In this document: positions 50,661-64,000 of the stretch, in pieces | Layout of the letters: every line of letters starts with the position of its first letter | Position numbering within the stretch: the stretch's first letter is position 1 | NCBI RefSeq assembly: GCF_964355755.1 | Contig: NC_092671.1 | Span: 21,080,001-21,144,000, forward strand | Direction of reading: 5' to 3' | Source: Antedon mediterranea | Lineage: Eukaryota > Animalia > Echinodermata | Length of the DNA: 64,000 nucleotides | Notes under the pieces: generated by a model | What the model was told of the DNA's origin: nothing | The model's input: the letters and a program-made list of their open reading frames with translations, nothing else | The model's database searches: none | Position numbers and translations under genes: made by a program

Positions 50661-52732
50661 TGTGTTCTATCACTTAGAAAACACGTGTGTTGTTTTTGAG
50701 TGCTTTTGGTTTTTATCCCTTAAAAAGATTTTCTCTTTCCATTCTTTTGGAATTGCGTTTAATACAATTTGCCATTCAGCAATCCAGTTTGATTTATACC
50801 TAAGCATATCAAGTAATTCATTTGCGTTAATTAACCTATTCTCAATTACAACATCCTTAATATTTCGCACACCTGACCTTATCCAGTTTCTAAAAAATAA
50901 TGACATGTCATTGTATAAAATCATTTTGTTATACCAGAGTTGTTGATGCATCATAACATAATTGACGTTTAGTCATACCACTATTAAGTTTGACTAAAAT
51001 ACATAGTATAGATTTATAGAAATCGGGTATGGCTTTAAAAATAGCATTTTTTTTTATCAATATATGATATGTTTTCAATAATATCTTTTGGGCCTATTCT
51101 ATTAAAATATGTGTTTGGCAGACATTTCCACTTTGAATCCTCATTGTTATACAATCTTTTAAGCCAAGATATTTTTAAAGATTTAACCTGTAACCTGAAA
51201 TCAGGCGCTTTAACCCCACCACTTTCATATTCGTTTATAAGAACTACTCTTTTAACCTTTTCTCTTTTTCCATCCCACAAAAAGTCAAAAATTATGTTAT
51301 CAACACGTTTTAGAACACTTTCAGGCGTGTCTATAATACTTGCAACATAAACAAGTTTCGACAGGGCAAGCGTCTTTAAGATAATTATTTTTCTAAAAAT
51401 GGTCAGATTTCTTTTTCGCCACGATTTAAGCGTGTTTTGTAACGAATAGATTTTTTCGGACCAATTTTTAGCAAAACAAAATTCTTTTTCATGCCCAATA
51501 TAAATACCTAAAACCGTCAGAAATCCAATTAATGTCCAATAGGTCGTCCCTTTTCTTCCATTTTCCAAGCCACATGGCATTTGTTTTTTCTTTGTTAAGT
51601 CTTAACCCAGACACACTACCAAATTTGATAACAACATCAATACACTTTTTTATGCTGTTCTCATCTTTCATAAATAAGACCGTGTCGTCTGCAAGTTGTG
51701 CAATTTTGACCTCGACAACTGGGTTTGATAAAAGTATACCTTTAATAAGTTTATCCTGTTTTATCTTTAACGCCATAATTTCAGCGACCAAGATGAACAG
51801 AAGTGCGGATAAAGGACAACCTTGTCTTATACCTCTAAACATTTTAAAGCTTTTTGAGCACCATCCATTGTTTAAAATAATACATTCTGTTTCAGCATAT
51901 AGAACTCTGACCCATGCAATAAAAGACGGTCCAAAATTGAAATGGTACAAGAAAAGTTCTGTCTACTGTGTCAAAAGCTTTTCTAAAGTCTAAACTTAAT
52001 AATGCCCCTGATAACTTGCTAGTATCCATATATTCAATTACATCTTCGATCAATCTGATGTTTTCACCACCAAAACGGCCTCTAATGTACCCTTTTTGAT
52101 CATTACTCACAATTGTTTTAATAACATTTTGTAGCCTTTTTGTTAAAACAAAGGTGGCAATTTTATAGTCAGTGTTTAAGAGAGTTATGGGTCTCCAATT
52201 GTTTAGGTCTTCGTGATCACCTTTTTTAAATATTAAGTTTATTACTCCCTTTTTTTTGCGTATTTGATAGTGCTCCATTCTTTAAACATAGATTGAGAGC
52301 ATTGCAGAGTAATACGCCAATCTTGGGCCATAATGTCTGATAGAATTCTACCGTGAGACCATCGGTACCTGGCGCTTTATTTAGTTTCATACTCCGTATC
52401 GCTTCTTCGCATTCTACGGAGGTTAATTCTCCTTCACATAACCCCTTTTCAAGATGTGTTAACTTTGGAACGTCTATTAAATTTAAATAATTTTGAATAT
52501 CATTTGCTTGTATGTCCTCTTTTGCATACACCTTTTCAAAGTGTTTGACTTCTTCAATCAGGATATCTTTAGTTTTTGTGGCGCATGTTCCGTCAGATTT
52601 TTTAAATCTTTTTATTTGTTTTCTTTTCCCGTTATTTTTTTCCAGACCAAGGAAGTATTTGGAGTTCTTTTCTCCTTCTTCTACCCATTTCGTTCTTTAA
52701 CGAATTTGAGCCCCTTTTGCCTCATAGGCATA
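50661..52732 (-). mobile_element. Tx1/L1-clade LINE ORF2, RT half (disrupted)
   Basis: WVEEGEKNSKYF, KAPGTDGL..EFY, NWRPITLLNTDYKI, LDFRKAFDTV, RGIRQGCPLSALLF, QLADDT; frameshifted. Confidence 0.9.
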
Positions 52733-53489
52733 CACAGCAAAATTTGAAATTCTAAGCAAGAAAAAAAAATCTTGTTTTAAGAAAAAATTCTTAAAATAAG
52801 TATTTTTTTTCTTGTCAAGATTTAAAATTACTTAAAACAAGAAATAATTTTCTAGAAAAGACACATTTTCTTAAATTAAGTTTTGCAATATTCTTGAAAA
52901 TGCTTATTACAAGAAATATTTTACTTAAAATAAGAAGTCAATATCATTCTCTTCTTATTAAGAATAGTTTTGCTTAAAACAAGATTTGAAAATACTTAAT
53001 TTGAAAAGTATTTTACTTAAAATAAGAAATCTATATTATATTTATCCCTATCAAGAATAATTTTTCTTAAATCAAGATTGATGAATTATAAAAATTACTT
53101 AAAACAATCAATATTTTTCTAGGTAAGACAAAGTTTCTTAAATTAGGTTTTGCAATAGTCTTGAAAATACTTGTTTTGAGAAATATTTTACTTAAAATAA
53201 GAAGTCAATTTCACACTACCCTTATCAAGATTATTTTTACTTGAATCAAGATTCGCAATATTCTTGAAAATGCTTATTACAAGAAATATTTTACTTAAAA
53301 TAAGAAGTCAATATCATTCTCTTCTTATTAAGAATAGTTTTGCTTAAAACAAGATTTGAAAATACATAATTTGAAAAGTATTTTACTTAAAATAAGAAAT
53401 CAATATTATATTTATCCCTATCAAGAATAATTTTTCTTAAATCAAGATTGATGAATTCTAAAAATTACTTAAAACAATAAATATTTTTC

Positions 53490-54795
53490 TAGGTAAGACA
53501 AAGTTTCTTAAATTAGGTTTCGCAATATTCTTAAAAATACTTATTTTGAGAAATGTTTTACTTAAAATAAGAAGTCAATATCATACTATCTTATCAAGAC
53601 TATTTTTGCTTAAATTGAGATTCGCAATATTTTTAAAAATACTTATTTTGAGAAATGTTTTACTTAAAATAAGAAGTCAATATCATACTATCTTATCAAG
53701 ACTATTTTTACTTGAATCAAGATTCGCAATATTCTTAAAAATACTTATTTCGAGAAATGTTTTACTTAAAATAAGAAGTCAATATCATACTATCTTATCA
53801 AGACTATTTTTGCTTAAATTGAGATTCGCAATATTTAAAAAAATACTTATTTTGAAAAATGTTTTACTTAAAATAAGAAGTCAATATCATACTATCCTAT
53901 CAAGACTATTTTTGCTTGAATTCAGATTCGCAATATTCTGATTTTGAGAAATGTTTTACTTAAAATAAGAAGTCAATATCATACTATCTTATCAAGACTA
54001 TTTTTACTTGAATCAAGATTCGCAATATTCTTTAAAATACTTATTTTGAGAAATGTTTTACTTAAAATAAGAAGTCAATATCATACTATCTTATCAAGAC
54101 TATTTTTGCTTAAATTGAGATTCGCAATATTTTTAAAAATACTTATTTTGAGAAATGTTTTACTTAAAATAAGAAGTCAATATCATACTATCTTATCAAG
54201 ACTATTTTTACTTGAATCAAGATTCGCAATATTCTTAAAAATACTTATTTCGAGAAATGTTTTACTTAAAATAAGAAGTCAATATCATACTATCTTATCA
54301 AGACTATTTTTGCTTAAATTGAGATTCGCAATATTTTAAAAAATACTTATTTTGAAAAATGTTTTACTTAAAATAAGAAGTCAATATCATACTATCCTAT
54401 CAAGACTATTTTTGCTTGAATTCAGATTCGCAATATTCTGATTTTGAGAAATGTTTTACTTAAAATAAGAAGTCAATATCATACTATCTTATCAAGACTA
54501 TTTTTACTTGAATCAAGATTCGCAATATTCTTTAAAATACTTATTTTGAGAAATGTTTTACTTAAAATAAGAAGTCAATATCATACTATCTTATCAAGAC
54601 TATTTTTGCTTAAATTGAGATTCGCAATATTTTTAAAAATACTTATTTTGAGAAATGTTTTACTTAAGATAAGAAGTCAATATCATACTATATCCTATCA
54701 AGACTATTTTTGCTTGAATTGAAGTCAATTCTATTTTAATATTCTTAAAAATACTTATTTTGAGAAATGTTTTACTTAAAATAGATTGTCAATAT
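53490..54795. repeat. 102-bp tandem array with a 500-bp higher-order repeat
   Basis: TTCGCAATAT at 53519, 53621, 53723...; the same deletion variant recurs at 53944 and 54444. Confidence 0.95.
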
Positions 54796-54796
54796 C

Positions 54797-55760
54797 CTTA
54801 TATTCACACAACGGTAGAGCAGTTAGCACTTCAGTTTCAACTGATGAAAGAATCTGGGTAATCAAACTGTTTGTGCTTTGAATAATCGATTGCACTGCAA
54901 CCACCTAAAGAAAATAATATTGATTTAATATTTTTTATATTCAAGTTTTAATATGTTTAAAAAATAAGTTGTGCTTTAGTTGGGGAGCTATGCAGCCTAA
55001 CAAAAAAAATGTTATTTGTATACAATGAAATTGGTCACAAAAAAATGCAACATAAACTTAGAGTGTATAATGCCTAGGCCTAGGCCTAGTACCCAAGTCC
55101 TATAGTTACTATAGCTAATAGTCCTGTATATAACAGTACCAGCAAGGCCTAGGAAATAGACGTATTTCTCTAATAAAAAATAGTTTAAAATGCATAATTG
55201 TTGTAATTTTAAAGCAAAATGGCTTACCTGTGGAATCTTGTTTCTCTCCTTTAATTTTAGTAGAAAGAAATCAGCATTTTTTATACTATTATCTGCTTGT
55301 TCATCCTCTAGTTAGTAGGCCTTCTTGCTGAGCATCAGCAAGATAATTAATATTAAACAATCATTAACAACAGTATAACAATACTAGAATTATCACTACT
55401 ACTATCGTCAGTTGATAAATCATCCCCGTTATAATAGTTTTTTTCTTCATTAACTTCGTCAGTCTCCTAGTCTAGGCCTAGTTCTACTTCATCCTCAATT
55501 GGCATCCTCGTTTTCTCCAGGCATACTTATTACTGATGTTTCCATCGTCAACTGCAGGAGGTTGCCGATTGTTATACTCGTCCTTAAAATGGCGTCTTAT
55601 GACATGCTTGTAAAACGAATTGTAAATTCCAAAGCTTGCCGGGCAGCGAACCACCAATTCCACATGTTACTCGAAAATTCGGAGTATTTCCATGAATTGA
55701 ATTATAATGCCTTAGCAAATAGGGTAGCAAATACTGTACCTACTTCAGTTTACTGGCACC
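54797..55760 (-). pseudogene. N-terminal remnant of a probable EnSpm transposase (C2H2 fingers, spliced)
   Basis: LRHYNSIHGNTPNFRVTCGIGG/RCPASFGIYNSFYKHVIRRH (frameshifted C2H2), donor near 55227, acceptor near 54904, then VVAVQSIIQSTNSLITQILSSVETEV, truncated at the satellite. Confidence 0.55.
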
Positions 55761-56120
55761 AACTTATCGCTTTTTTTCGGACTGCAACAAACATGTGTCA
55801 TTATTATTGTCTGTCGTATTACTGTTGGTCCAGACGTTTTACAGATTTGCTTTAACCACCATGGAGGTTTATACCTCCATGCTTTAACGTTGAGCAGTAT
55901 AATGACCTTATACATTCTGGGTAAAAGGCCAGCGATAAATTTTTGGTTATAGTTGAAAAACAACACTGTGTGTGGTCGATGACCTAGCTCCCGGCGGGAT
56001 CATGGCCAACGGTTTTTTAAAGTAATCATTCAAAATCTAGAGTTTGTAAGTAAAAGACACCTTTCATCGCAATTTATATATTAAATGCTTCAATAGGCCT
56101 AGTAAGATTAGTCTAATATA

Positions 56121-58220
56121 ATGTCGAAGGAAGACGCTTTGTTGAAGATCCGAGAAATAGATGAAGAAATGGCCAACATTTTAACAGGTTCGTAGGCCTA
56201 ATAATTATATTTTAATCTGCCAGCAGTCTAGGCCTAGCCTAGGCTCCTTCCTAGTTAGTAATACTGTAGGCCTTGAACTAGTAGGTCTAGGCTAGCCTAC
56301 TATGCCTGTACTGACGGGCAGGTGTATAGGTTTAGCTTAGCATTTTAGTTCAGACATTGACAGAGGGGACAAATATTGTCGGACCTATTTCAGCTAGGTA
56401 TAAGGAAGGCCTAATAATAGATAATACAATTTATATAATGTAACAGTTATTTTGTAATGTAGCCATGAAATATCTACGAAGGATTATACTGTATTATATA
56501 CACATATTCCAATGAGAAATATGACATTTAAAAACACTTCTTTATATTTAATTAATTGTACACACTAAGTAATCCCCGAAGTGATCACATCGATATTGAA
56601 ACTTTATGTTTTTAACTCTAAATTTAAAAAAAACATACTAAAAAAACAAACAAAAAACATACGTACTGCATAACTAAAATTGTTATATTAAATTTCTTTT
56701 TAAAAAACTGTGTTATTTACAATATCTTAAATTATTTGTTAGGTAATTGAAGAAGTTCGAAGGATACTAATTATTACTAGGCAAAGAGGAATGAAATACA
56801 AAAGAAAGCTTTTTAAAAAAGTGCTTAGCAAATTTTTCCAAAGAAGAGAATAATATAGTTTATTTTGGTATTTTAAAGAGAAACACCAGTCCTCCATCTG
56901 GTAAGTACAGTGTATGTTTTTGTACTTTTATCTATTCATAAATAGTTTTATAATGGACCAATGGTAGTGAGGAAAATACGTGTACATATTGTGTACGTAT
57001 TTTTAACAGCTTGGTTCGACTCAAGCTAGTGTCATGCACTCCTCCCTTTGACAACTAAAATTAAATAAATGACTTATGAATATTAATTTTTGACATATTA
57101 ATGCTCTCCTGGCCAGCCCACCCTTTCCCCTTCCTTTTACATTGACCACCTACAAAACTGTAGGCTACATTATTAAAAATTTGAGCTACAGTATATCAAG
57201 TTTATGTCCATACATTATTCCACTCATTTAAATAAATTTATATAATATAATGTTTTCAATTTGTTATTTTTGGTTAGGTTCAAAGATAACCCAAATGTTG
57301 TCAAACATATTTGTTGGGAAAAACTCATCAAAAAAAGTCTGCCGACCTTGAAGGTATTTAGTGTTTTTTAAAATTTAAAATACAAGTAACATTATGTACA
57401 TTAAAAAAAAATATCTTAAAGTGTTTTTTTAAAATAGCTTAAAATTCGAGGTATATACTATGTTTACAATAATTTATTAAAATCAAACAATTAAACAAAA
57501 TTTACATTTAATTGTATGATTGTTATTATAAACATTGATACGGAATAAAAACATCAATTAGGATTGAGCACCGTTTTGCGTATTGTCTTCCTAAATAGTA
57601 ATATTAAAAATAAATTTAGACCCTAATAATTTAACTAAAAATAATAGATACAGCCAGGCCTGTCTTTGGGATCGGTATAAACAGGGCAAAGTTTGTGATT
57701 AAAAAGTTCAAATGCATATTCCACCCACCCTTATGTCTTATAATGTAAAATTATTCTTACCACCGTTCTAATATTGCGTCATGTTTTTGTGTTTACCGCC
57801 CCAGATATAGGACTCTAAAACCACACCGTACCCAATTAGTTGATGATGTTACACATATTTTAAATACAGTAATAACTAAAACTATATTAATCTCTTTTCA
57901 TTTTTAGGAACATGAATAAAGATCCAGAATCCTGGTCTTCACGCCGATCAGGTAATATGCCGGTATTGCTTTTGGACACAGAAATGGCCTACATTAAAGT
58001 TTAGCAAACAATTCTAACTACAAAGAAAGCAAAATTAGATGAGGCTCTAGTTACTCTCCTCTCCACTTTTTACCTTCTGGATTTCGATTATCCAAAATGA
58101 AAAGAAGTAGGCCTCACTATTCTTTAACAGTTAGTGATTTGTGATGAAAACACACCTGTACACTTGACAAAGGCTGTTGAATCATCATTAGTATACATTA
58201 ATAAATTTAAAGACACCTAA
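56121..58220 (+). pseudogene. Decayed multi-exon accessory gene of the EnSpm element (SAMD3-like C-terminus)
   Basis: Exon-like blocks 56121-56187 (MSKEDALLKIREIDEEMANILT), ~56743-56900, ~57279-57353 and 57908-58220 (DEALVTLLSTFYLLDFDYPK*KEVGLTIL*QLVIC, 3 internal stops). Confidence 0.6.
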
Positions 58221-58639
58221 TAGTTTAAAGCCCAGGTGCGGGAGAAGAATTTTACGAAATTTGTATTTTACCATTTTAATGTTTTTAAGTTTTCTTTTGA
58301 TGGCATTTTATTATTAATAAAAACAAGTTTGTTTTAAAGAAGTTGTATATATTATTGTACCTAATGTCATGTAAATTGTAGTTCTTAATGAAAATAACAG
58401 TATTGTTAATATTATGTTTTATAACATTCTTGAATTTATTTGTTTAAGTAAAATATTACTTAAAATGAGTATTCATTTATCGTTCTTAAAATAAATTTTT
58501 AATGATTTATATTTTATAGAATTCTTGTTTCAAGCAATTTTTTTCCCAATATAAGTAAGAATTTACGAATTTTAATTTGATAGAATTCTTGTTTCAAGCA
58601 ATACTTTTCTTAAAATAAGTAAACATTTACTGGTTTTTA

Positions 58640-60440
58640 TTTGATAGACTTCTTGTTTACTTATTTTAAAAAAAGTTTTGCTTGAAACAAGAATTCTACA
58701 AATAAAAATCGGATCTTACTTATTTTAAGAAATATATTGCTTGAAACAAGAAAACTAAAAATATAAATCGGAATATTCTTACTTATTTTAAGAAAAATAT
58801 TGCTTAAAACAAGAATTCTAAAAAATACAAACCGGAATATTCTTACTTATTTTAAGAAAAATATTGCTTGAAACAAGAATTCTACAAATAAAAATCGGAA
58901 TATTCTTACTTATTTTAAGAAATATATTGCTTGAAACAAGAATTCAAAAAATACAAATCAGAATATTCTTACTTATTTTAAGAAAAATATTGCTTGAAAC
59001 AAGAATTCAAAAAATACAAATCGGAATATTCTTACTTATTTTAAGAAAAATATTGCTTGAAACAAGAATTCAAAAAATACAAATCGGATATTCTTACTTA
59101 TTTTAAGAAATATATTGCTTGAAACAAGAATATTAAAATTAAAAATCGGAATATTCTTACTTATTTTAAGAAAAATATTGCTTAAAACAAGAATTCTAAA
59201 AAATACAAATCGGAATATTCTTACTTATTTTAAGAAAAATATTGCTTGAAACAAGAATTCTACAAATAAAAATCGGAATATTCTTACTTATTTTAAGAAA
59301 TATTTTGCTTGAAACAAGAATTCAAAAAATACAAATCGGAATATTCTTACTTATTTTAAGAAAAATATTGCTTGAAACAAGAATTCAAAAAATACAAATC
59401 GGAATATTCTTACTTATTTTAAGAAAAATATTGCTTGAAACAAGAATTCAAAAAATAAAAATCGGAATATTCTTACTTATTTTAAGAAATATCTTGCTTG
59501 AAACAAGAATTCAAAAAAATACAAATCGGAATATTCTTACTTATTTTAAGAAATATATTGCTTGAAACAAGAATTCTATAAAATACAAATCGGAATATTC
59601 TTACTTATTTTAAGAAAAATATTGCTTGAAACAAGAATTCAAGAAATACAAATCGGAATATTCTTACTTATTTTAAGAAATATATTGCTTGAAACAAGAA
59701 TATTAAAATTAAAAATCGGAATATTCTTACTTATTTTAAGAAAAATATTGCTTAAAACAAGAATTCTAAAAAATACAAATCGGAATATTCTTACTTATTT
59801 TAAGAAAAATATTGCTTGAAACAAGAATTCTACAAATAAAAATCGGAATATTCTTACTTATTTTAAGAAATATTTTGCTTGAAACAAGAATTCAAAAAAT
59901 ACAAATCGGAATATTCTTACTTATTTTAAGAAAAATATTGCTTGAAACAAGAATTCAAAAAATACAAATCGGAATATTCTTACTTATTTTAAGAAAAATA
60001 TTGCTTGAAACAAGAATTCAAAAAATAAAAATCGGAATATTCTTACTTATTTTAAGAAATATCTTGCTTGAAACAAGAATTCAAAAAAATACAAATCGGA
60101 ATATTCTTACTTATTTTAAGAAATATATTGCTTGAAACAAGAATTCTATAAAATACAAATCGGAATATTCTTACTTATTTTAAGAAATATCTTGCTTGAA
60201 ACAAGAATTCAAAAAAATACAAATCGGAATATTCTTACTTATTTTAAGAAATATATTGCTTGAAACAAGAATTCTATAAAATACAAATCGGAATATTCTT
60301 ACTTATTTTAAGAAATATATTGCTTGAAACAAGAATTCAAAAAAATACAAATCGGAATATTCTTACTTATTTTAAGAAAAATATTGCTTGAAACAAGAAT
60401 TCTATTTTAAAAAATCGATAAATTGTTACTTATTTTAAGG
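58640..60440. repeat. 63-bp tandem array with a 570-bp higher-order repeat
   Basis: Unit ATATTGCTTGAAACAAGAATTCAAAAAATACAAATCGGAATATTCTTACTTATTTTAAGAAAA; identical 107-aa ORFs at 59242 and 59812. Confidence 0.95.
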
Positions 60441-60691
60441 CAGATACTGCTTAAAACAAGAATGAAAAAAGCAATTAAATTCTTGGTAAGAATATTGTTC
60501 TTAAAGTATTATTTCTTGGCAAGAATAATTTTCTTGATAAGAATTTGTGTGATTCTTGTTAAGAATTTTACGATTCTTGGTAAGCCAAAAAGTATTGAAA
60601 TACGGACAAGTCAAAATTTACTTGTTTCAAGAAATATTTTGCTTGAAACAAGTTTTTTTTTTCTTAAAACAAGAATCAGAATTTTGCTGTG

Positions 60692-61763
60692 TATATATCC
60701 TCTAATTCTTTAGATTTAATTTCAATTGCTGCATTCACATATTCATCTCTATCGTTGTTCATTAGTTTAGCGTTTAGTTGTTGAATTTCTTTTGTAAATT
60801 TTCTTTATTTCTATTTATATTTTTTGATTTTAGTTTGCCAAAGTTGATTGAAAATTCTTTGATTTTGATTTTAATTAGTTCCCAGATTTCTATATTATTA
60901 AGAAAATAGAACTGCTGTGAACAGCTATCTATTATCTGATTAATTTTGTTGAGAAATTGTTCGTCCTGTAAGTAATCGGAATTTAATTTCCATAATCCTG
61001 GACCACGAGAGTCTTGACATATATTTATCTTAATGGAAACTCCTTGGTGATCAGTAGAAATCGCTGGTCTAATATCGCATGAGACAATGTTTCCTGTATC
61101 ATGCAAACTTTTTGATACAAACCAGTAATCTAGACGTTTAAAAAGGTTGGCCGATTTCCTACACCAAGTAAATTGTGATTTTAATTTGTTTAGAAGTCTC
61201 CAACTATCTACTAGTTTCAGTTTATTTATAAGATGTTTAATTTTTAAGACAGATTTATCAGTTTTCATTTTGCTACCTTTTTGATCGAGTAGCTTATCCT
61301 GAATACAATTCATATCTCCGCCGATAATGATATATTCATCAGTGATCGAAAATGTTTGAATTTGCTTCTCAATATTATTAAAAAAAGAACCTCTTACTTT
61401 TGAATCATTTGGCGAGTATATATTTACAAACGTGTATTGGGTACCATTGATATCAATTTTTAACAGAATATATCTTCCATTAATGTCAATTTGTTGTTTT
61501 ATAAGTTTGTATTGAAGGTCTTTCTTAATCAATATTGAGACACCTTTGCTAAAAGAGCTACCAAAACTATGATAAGCATCTCCATCCCAAAGAAAATTCT
61601 CGTTGGAGACAAAGATATTTGTCAGATGAGATTCTTGGATAAGAAAAATATCAATTTTGTTGTCTTTAGCCCAATTAAAAATATTTCTTTGTTTTTGTTT
61701 GACTCGCAGTCCTCTTACATTCAAGGATACACAATGTAAGATTGCATTTTGTTGTTTAGCCAT
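60692..61763 (-). mobile_element. Tx1/L1-clade LINE ORF2, AP-endonuclease half
   Basis: 329-aa ORF: SLNVRGL, IFLIQESH, SKGVSIL, NIYSPN, GGDMN, LVDSWR, RLDYWFVS, TDHQGV, RGPGLWKLN. Confidence 0.92.
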
Positions 61764-61984
61764 AATTAGATATAGTAAATCAATTCAATGCAATCAGCAA
61801 AATAACAGGTAGATAAATTAATAATAATAATGATAAAGGATAATTCTGACCCTATGTTGATTTGCTTCTAATGCGCTTCCTTTTTTTTCTGTTTCGGGAT
61901 AAAACTAGATGAGCCGGAAGCTATGTTCGTATTTTCATTAGTGTTTTCATTGTCTTCGGTTGAGATATGGCTTTCTTCCTGACG

Positions 61985-63800
61985 ATTGCAAAGTTAATGA
62001 ATTTATAGATCTGCGAATATCTGGTGAAAGATTATTCCAGAGTTTGACTGAGCGGTATTGAAATGTTCTTTTACCAGAATCATTATGCCATTTTGGTAAG
62101 ACTAAAGTGTTTTTCGATTCGCTTCTTGTATTTATATTGTGATAATTATCAATAAAATCATAAAAATCAATTAAAGGTCATTATAAGAATATTATGGTCC
62201 CATCGTTGATTATATGTTTCCAATTGAGTGATGTCATGAGATCATCAACAGGTGTTCTAATATCAGCATATAAGATAATTCTGGCAAGTCTATTTAACAA
62301 TATTTGGAGTGAGTTAACCCGCGCTGATGAATAGTTGGACCAAACGGGACTACAATAATAAAAGACTGGTAAAACTAAGGCATTTGCTAAGAGCTTAAGA
62401 GAAAAATTTGGAATGAAACTTCTTAATCTACGTATAACACCAATACGTTGGGAAATCTTTGAACAAAAATTCTCAATATGTTTTCCCCACGTAAAAATGT
62501 ATCAAACGTGATTCCTAAATACTTAAAACTATCGACCCTATCTACAATTTTATCATTAATTAAACAAGAAATATTACAAATGTTTGTAAAATTATGTTTG
62601 GAACTAAATACCATAAATTTGGTTTTCTTAACGTTAATTGTTAGTTTGTTTGTTTTAAACCACGTTGATATATTAGCAACATTTTTATCAATAATAGATT
62701 GTAATTCGATAGGATTAGAGGCTGAACAAAGGAGATTAGTGTCATCAGCAAACATTGCACATTTTGAATTAGGAGTTATAATTTCTGGTAAGGAATTTAC
62801 ATAAATAATAAATAGAAGTGGCCCAAGGATGGATCCTTGAGGCACACCAATAGTAACATCTTTAGGTTCAGATAATTTTGAGTTAATTTTAACAATCTGT
62901 GACCTTCCAGAAAGGTATGTTGAGAACCAGTTCAGTGTAGTCCTACCTCTGATCCCATATTGTTCAAGTTTAATTAATAGAAGTTAATGGTCAACTGTGT
63001 CGAAAGCCTTTTTTAAATCAAGAAAAGTGGCAGCAGTGACTTTGCCATTGTTAAGATTATTAAGCACGTATTCAGAAACATCAATAAGTGCAGTATTAGT
63101 AGAGTGAACATTTCTAAATCCTGATTGGCATTGAGTTATAATATTGTTATATGTTAGATATTCATAAAGTTGATCGTAAACAAATCGTTCAATGATTTTT
63201 TATAATATAGGTCGGACAGAAATTTGTCTATAATTTTCTGTATTAGATCTGTCCCCATCTTTAAAAATTGGGGTAACTTTAGCAACTTTCCAGGCTGATG
63301 GAAATGTCGCTGCGGTTAATGATACATTTATAATGTGAGTAAGTGAGTGGCAGATAATAGGAGAGGCAAGTTTAAGTAACTTTAATTCAAGAATATCAAT
63401 ACCAGAAGCTTTGTTGTTTTGAAAAGCGTTTATATGATCAAAAACTACTTCTGGTGCAATCAAATCAAAAGAAAATTTACTGTTAAAAGAAGTGTCATTA
63501 GTACTCCAATAGAAGAAAAATAACAGTTAAATTTGTTAGCTATTTTAATGTCATCAGAGACAACTTCATTCTCAGTTATAAGAGAGTTAATTGATTGTTT
63601 TTTATCATCATGTATAATACTTTTAATAGTTTTGCAAATCATTTTAGGGTTTCTAACATTTTCATTAATTGCAGTAGAACAACATTTCTTTTTAAGGTGA
63701 CGATTCATGTTGTTAGCTTTATTTCTGAATTGTTTAGCTTTTGCCCAATAAACAGGGTCATTTGTTTTATGAGCTTTAGAAAAGAAGTAGTCTCGGTCTT
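61985..63800 (-). mobile_element. CR1/L2-type LINE RT region, disrupted
   Basis: FPSAWKVAKVTPIFKDGD..NYRQIS, FLDLKKAFDTV, GVPQGSILGPLLFIIYVNSLP, MFADDT, FKYLGITFD. Confidence 0.88.
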
Positions 63801-64000
63801 TACTTAATATAGAGTTCTTAATACGCTTAATTTTGAATATAAATTAGTGAATGGTCACTTATTCCAATACTCCTAGTACCATAATTTGTATACTTATTTG
63901 GATTTGATACAAAAATTAAATCCCAAATTGTTTGAGTTGAGTCAGTGATTCGTGTTGGTTGATCTATTAGTTGTGATAGACCACTACGGTATGGTGAGAA

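Larger units (their letters stand above)
52733..60691. mobile_element. CACTA/EnSpm-type element (~8 kb), internally deleted, TA TSD
   Basis: TA|CACAGCAAAATT ... AATTTTGCTGTG|TA; long subterminal repeat arrays; removing it restores the LINE reading LEDIY|AYEAKGAQIR. Confidence 0.88.

Noticed and set aside
53546-60135. Repetitive 34-aa and 21-aa ORFs
   Set aside because: By-products of 102- and 63-bp tandem units (multiples of 3); TTG starts, and frameshifts at unit variants.

Overview
AT-rich eukaryotic genomic DNA, apparently from an invertebrate animal (spliceosomal introns, metazoan TE families). The only host gene I recognise is the 3' end of mitochondrial ribosomal protein L45 (MRPL45): two exons at 18727-18876 and 22778-22987 on +. 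Its earlier exons were not found and probably lie upstream of the window. Almost everything else is transposon-derived: (1) stacked non-autonomous Helentron-type (HINE/DINE-like) and Helitron elements; (2) a near-complete intron-containing hAT-type transposon with a 6-bp TSD (6869-10694); (3) Academ-like remnants; (4) a Penelope fragment with a minimal hammerhead ribozyme, plus a second possible hammerhead; (5) a five-level nest of TIR elements with readable TSDs (32687-41365); (6) several decayed LINEs (Rex1/Babar-, RTE-, CR1/L2- and Tx1-like); (7) an 8-kb CACTA/EnSpm-type element with subterminal satellite arrays and two divergent decayed genes, inserted in a Tx1-like ORF2. No CRISPR array, rRNA or intact tRNA was seen. 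All classifications come from termini, TSDs and protein motifs read by eye, with no database search. I cannot demonstrate a new system; the best leads are the EnSpm two-gene/satellite element, the covarying Helitron terminal hairpin and the hammerheads.
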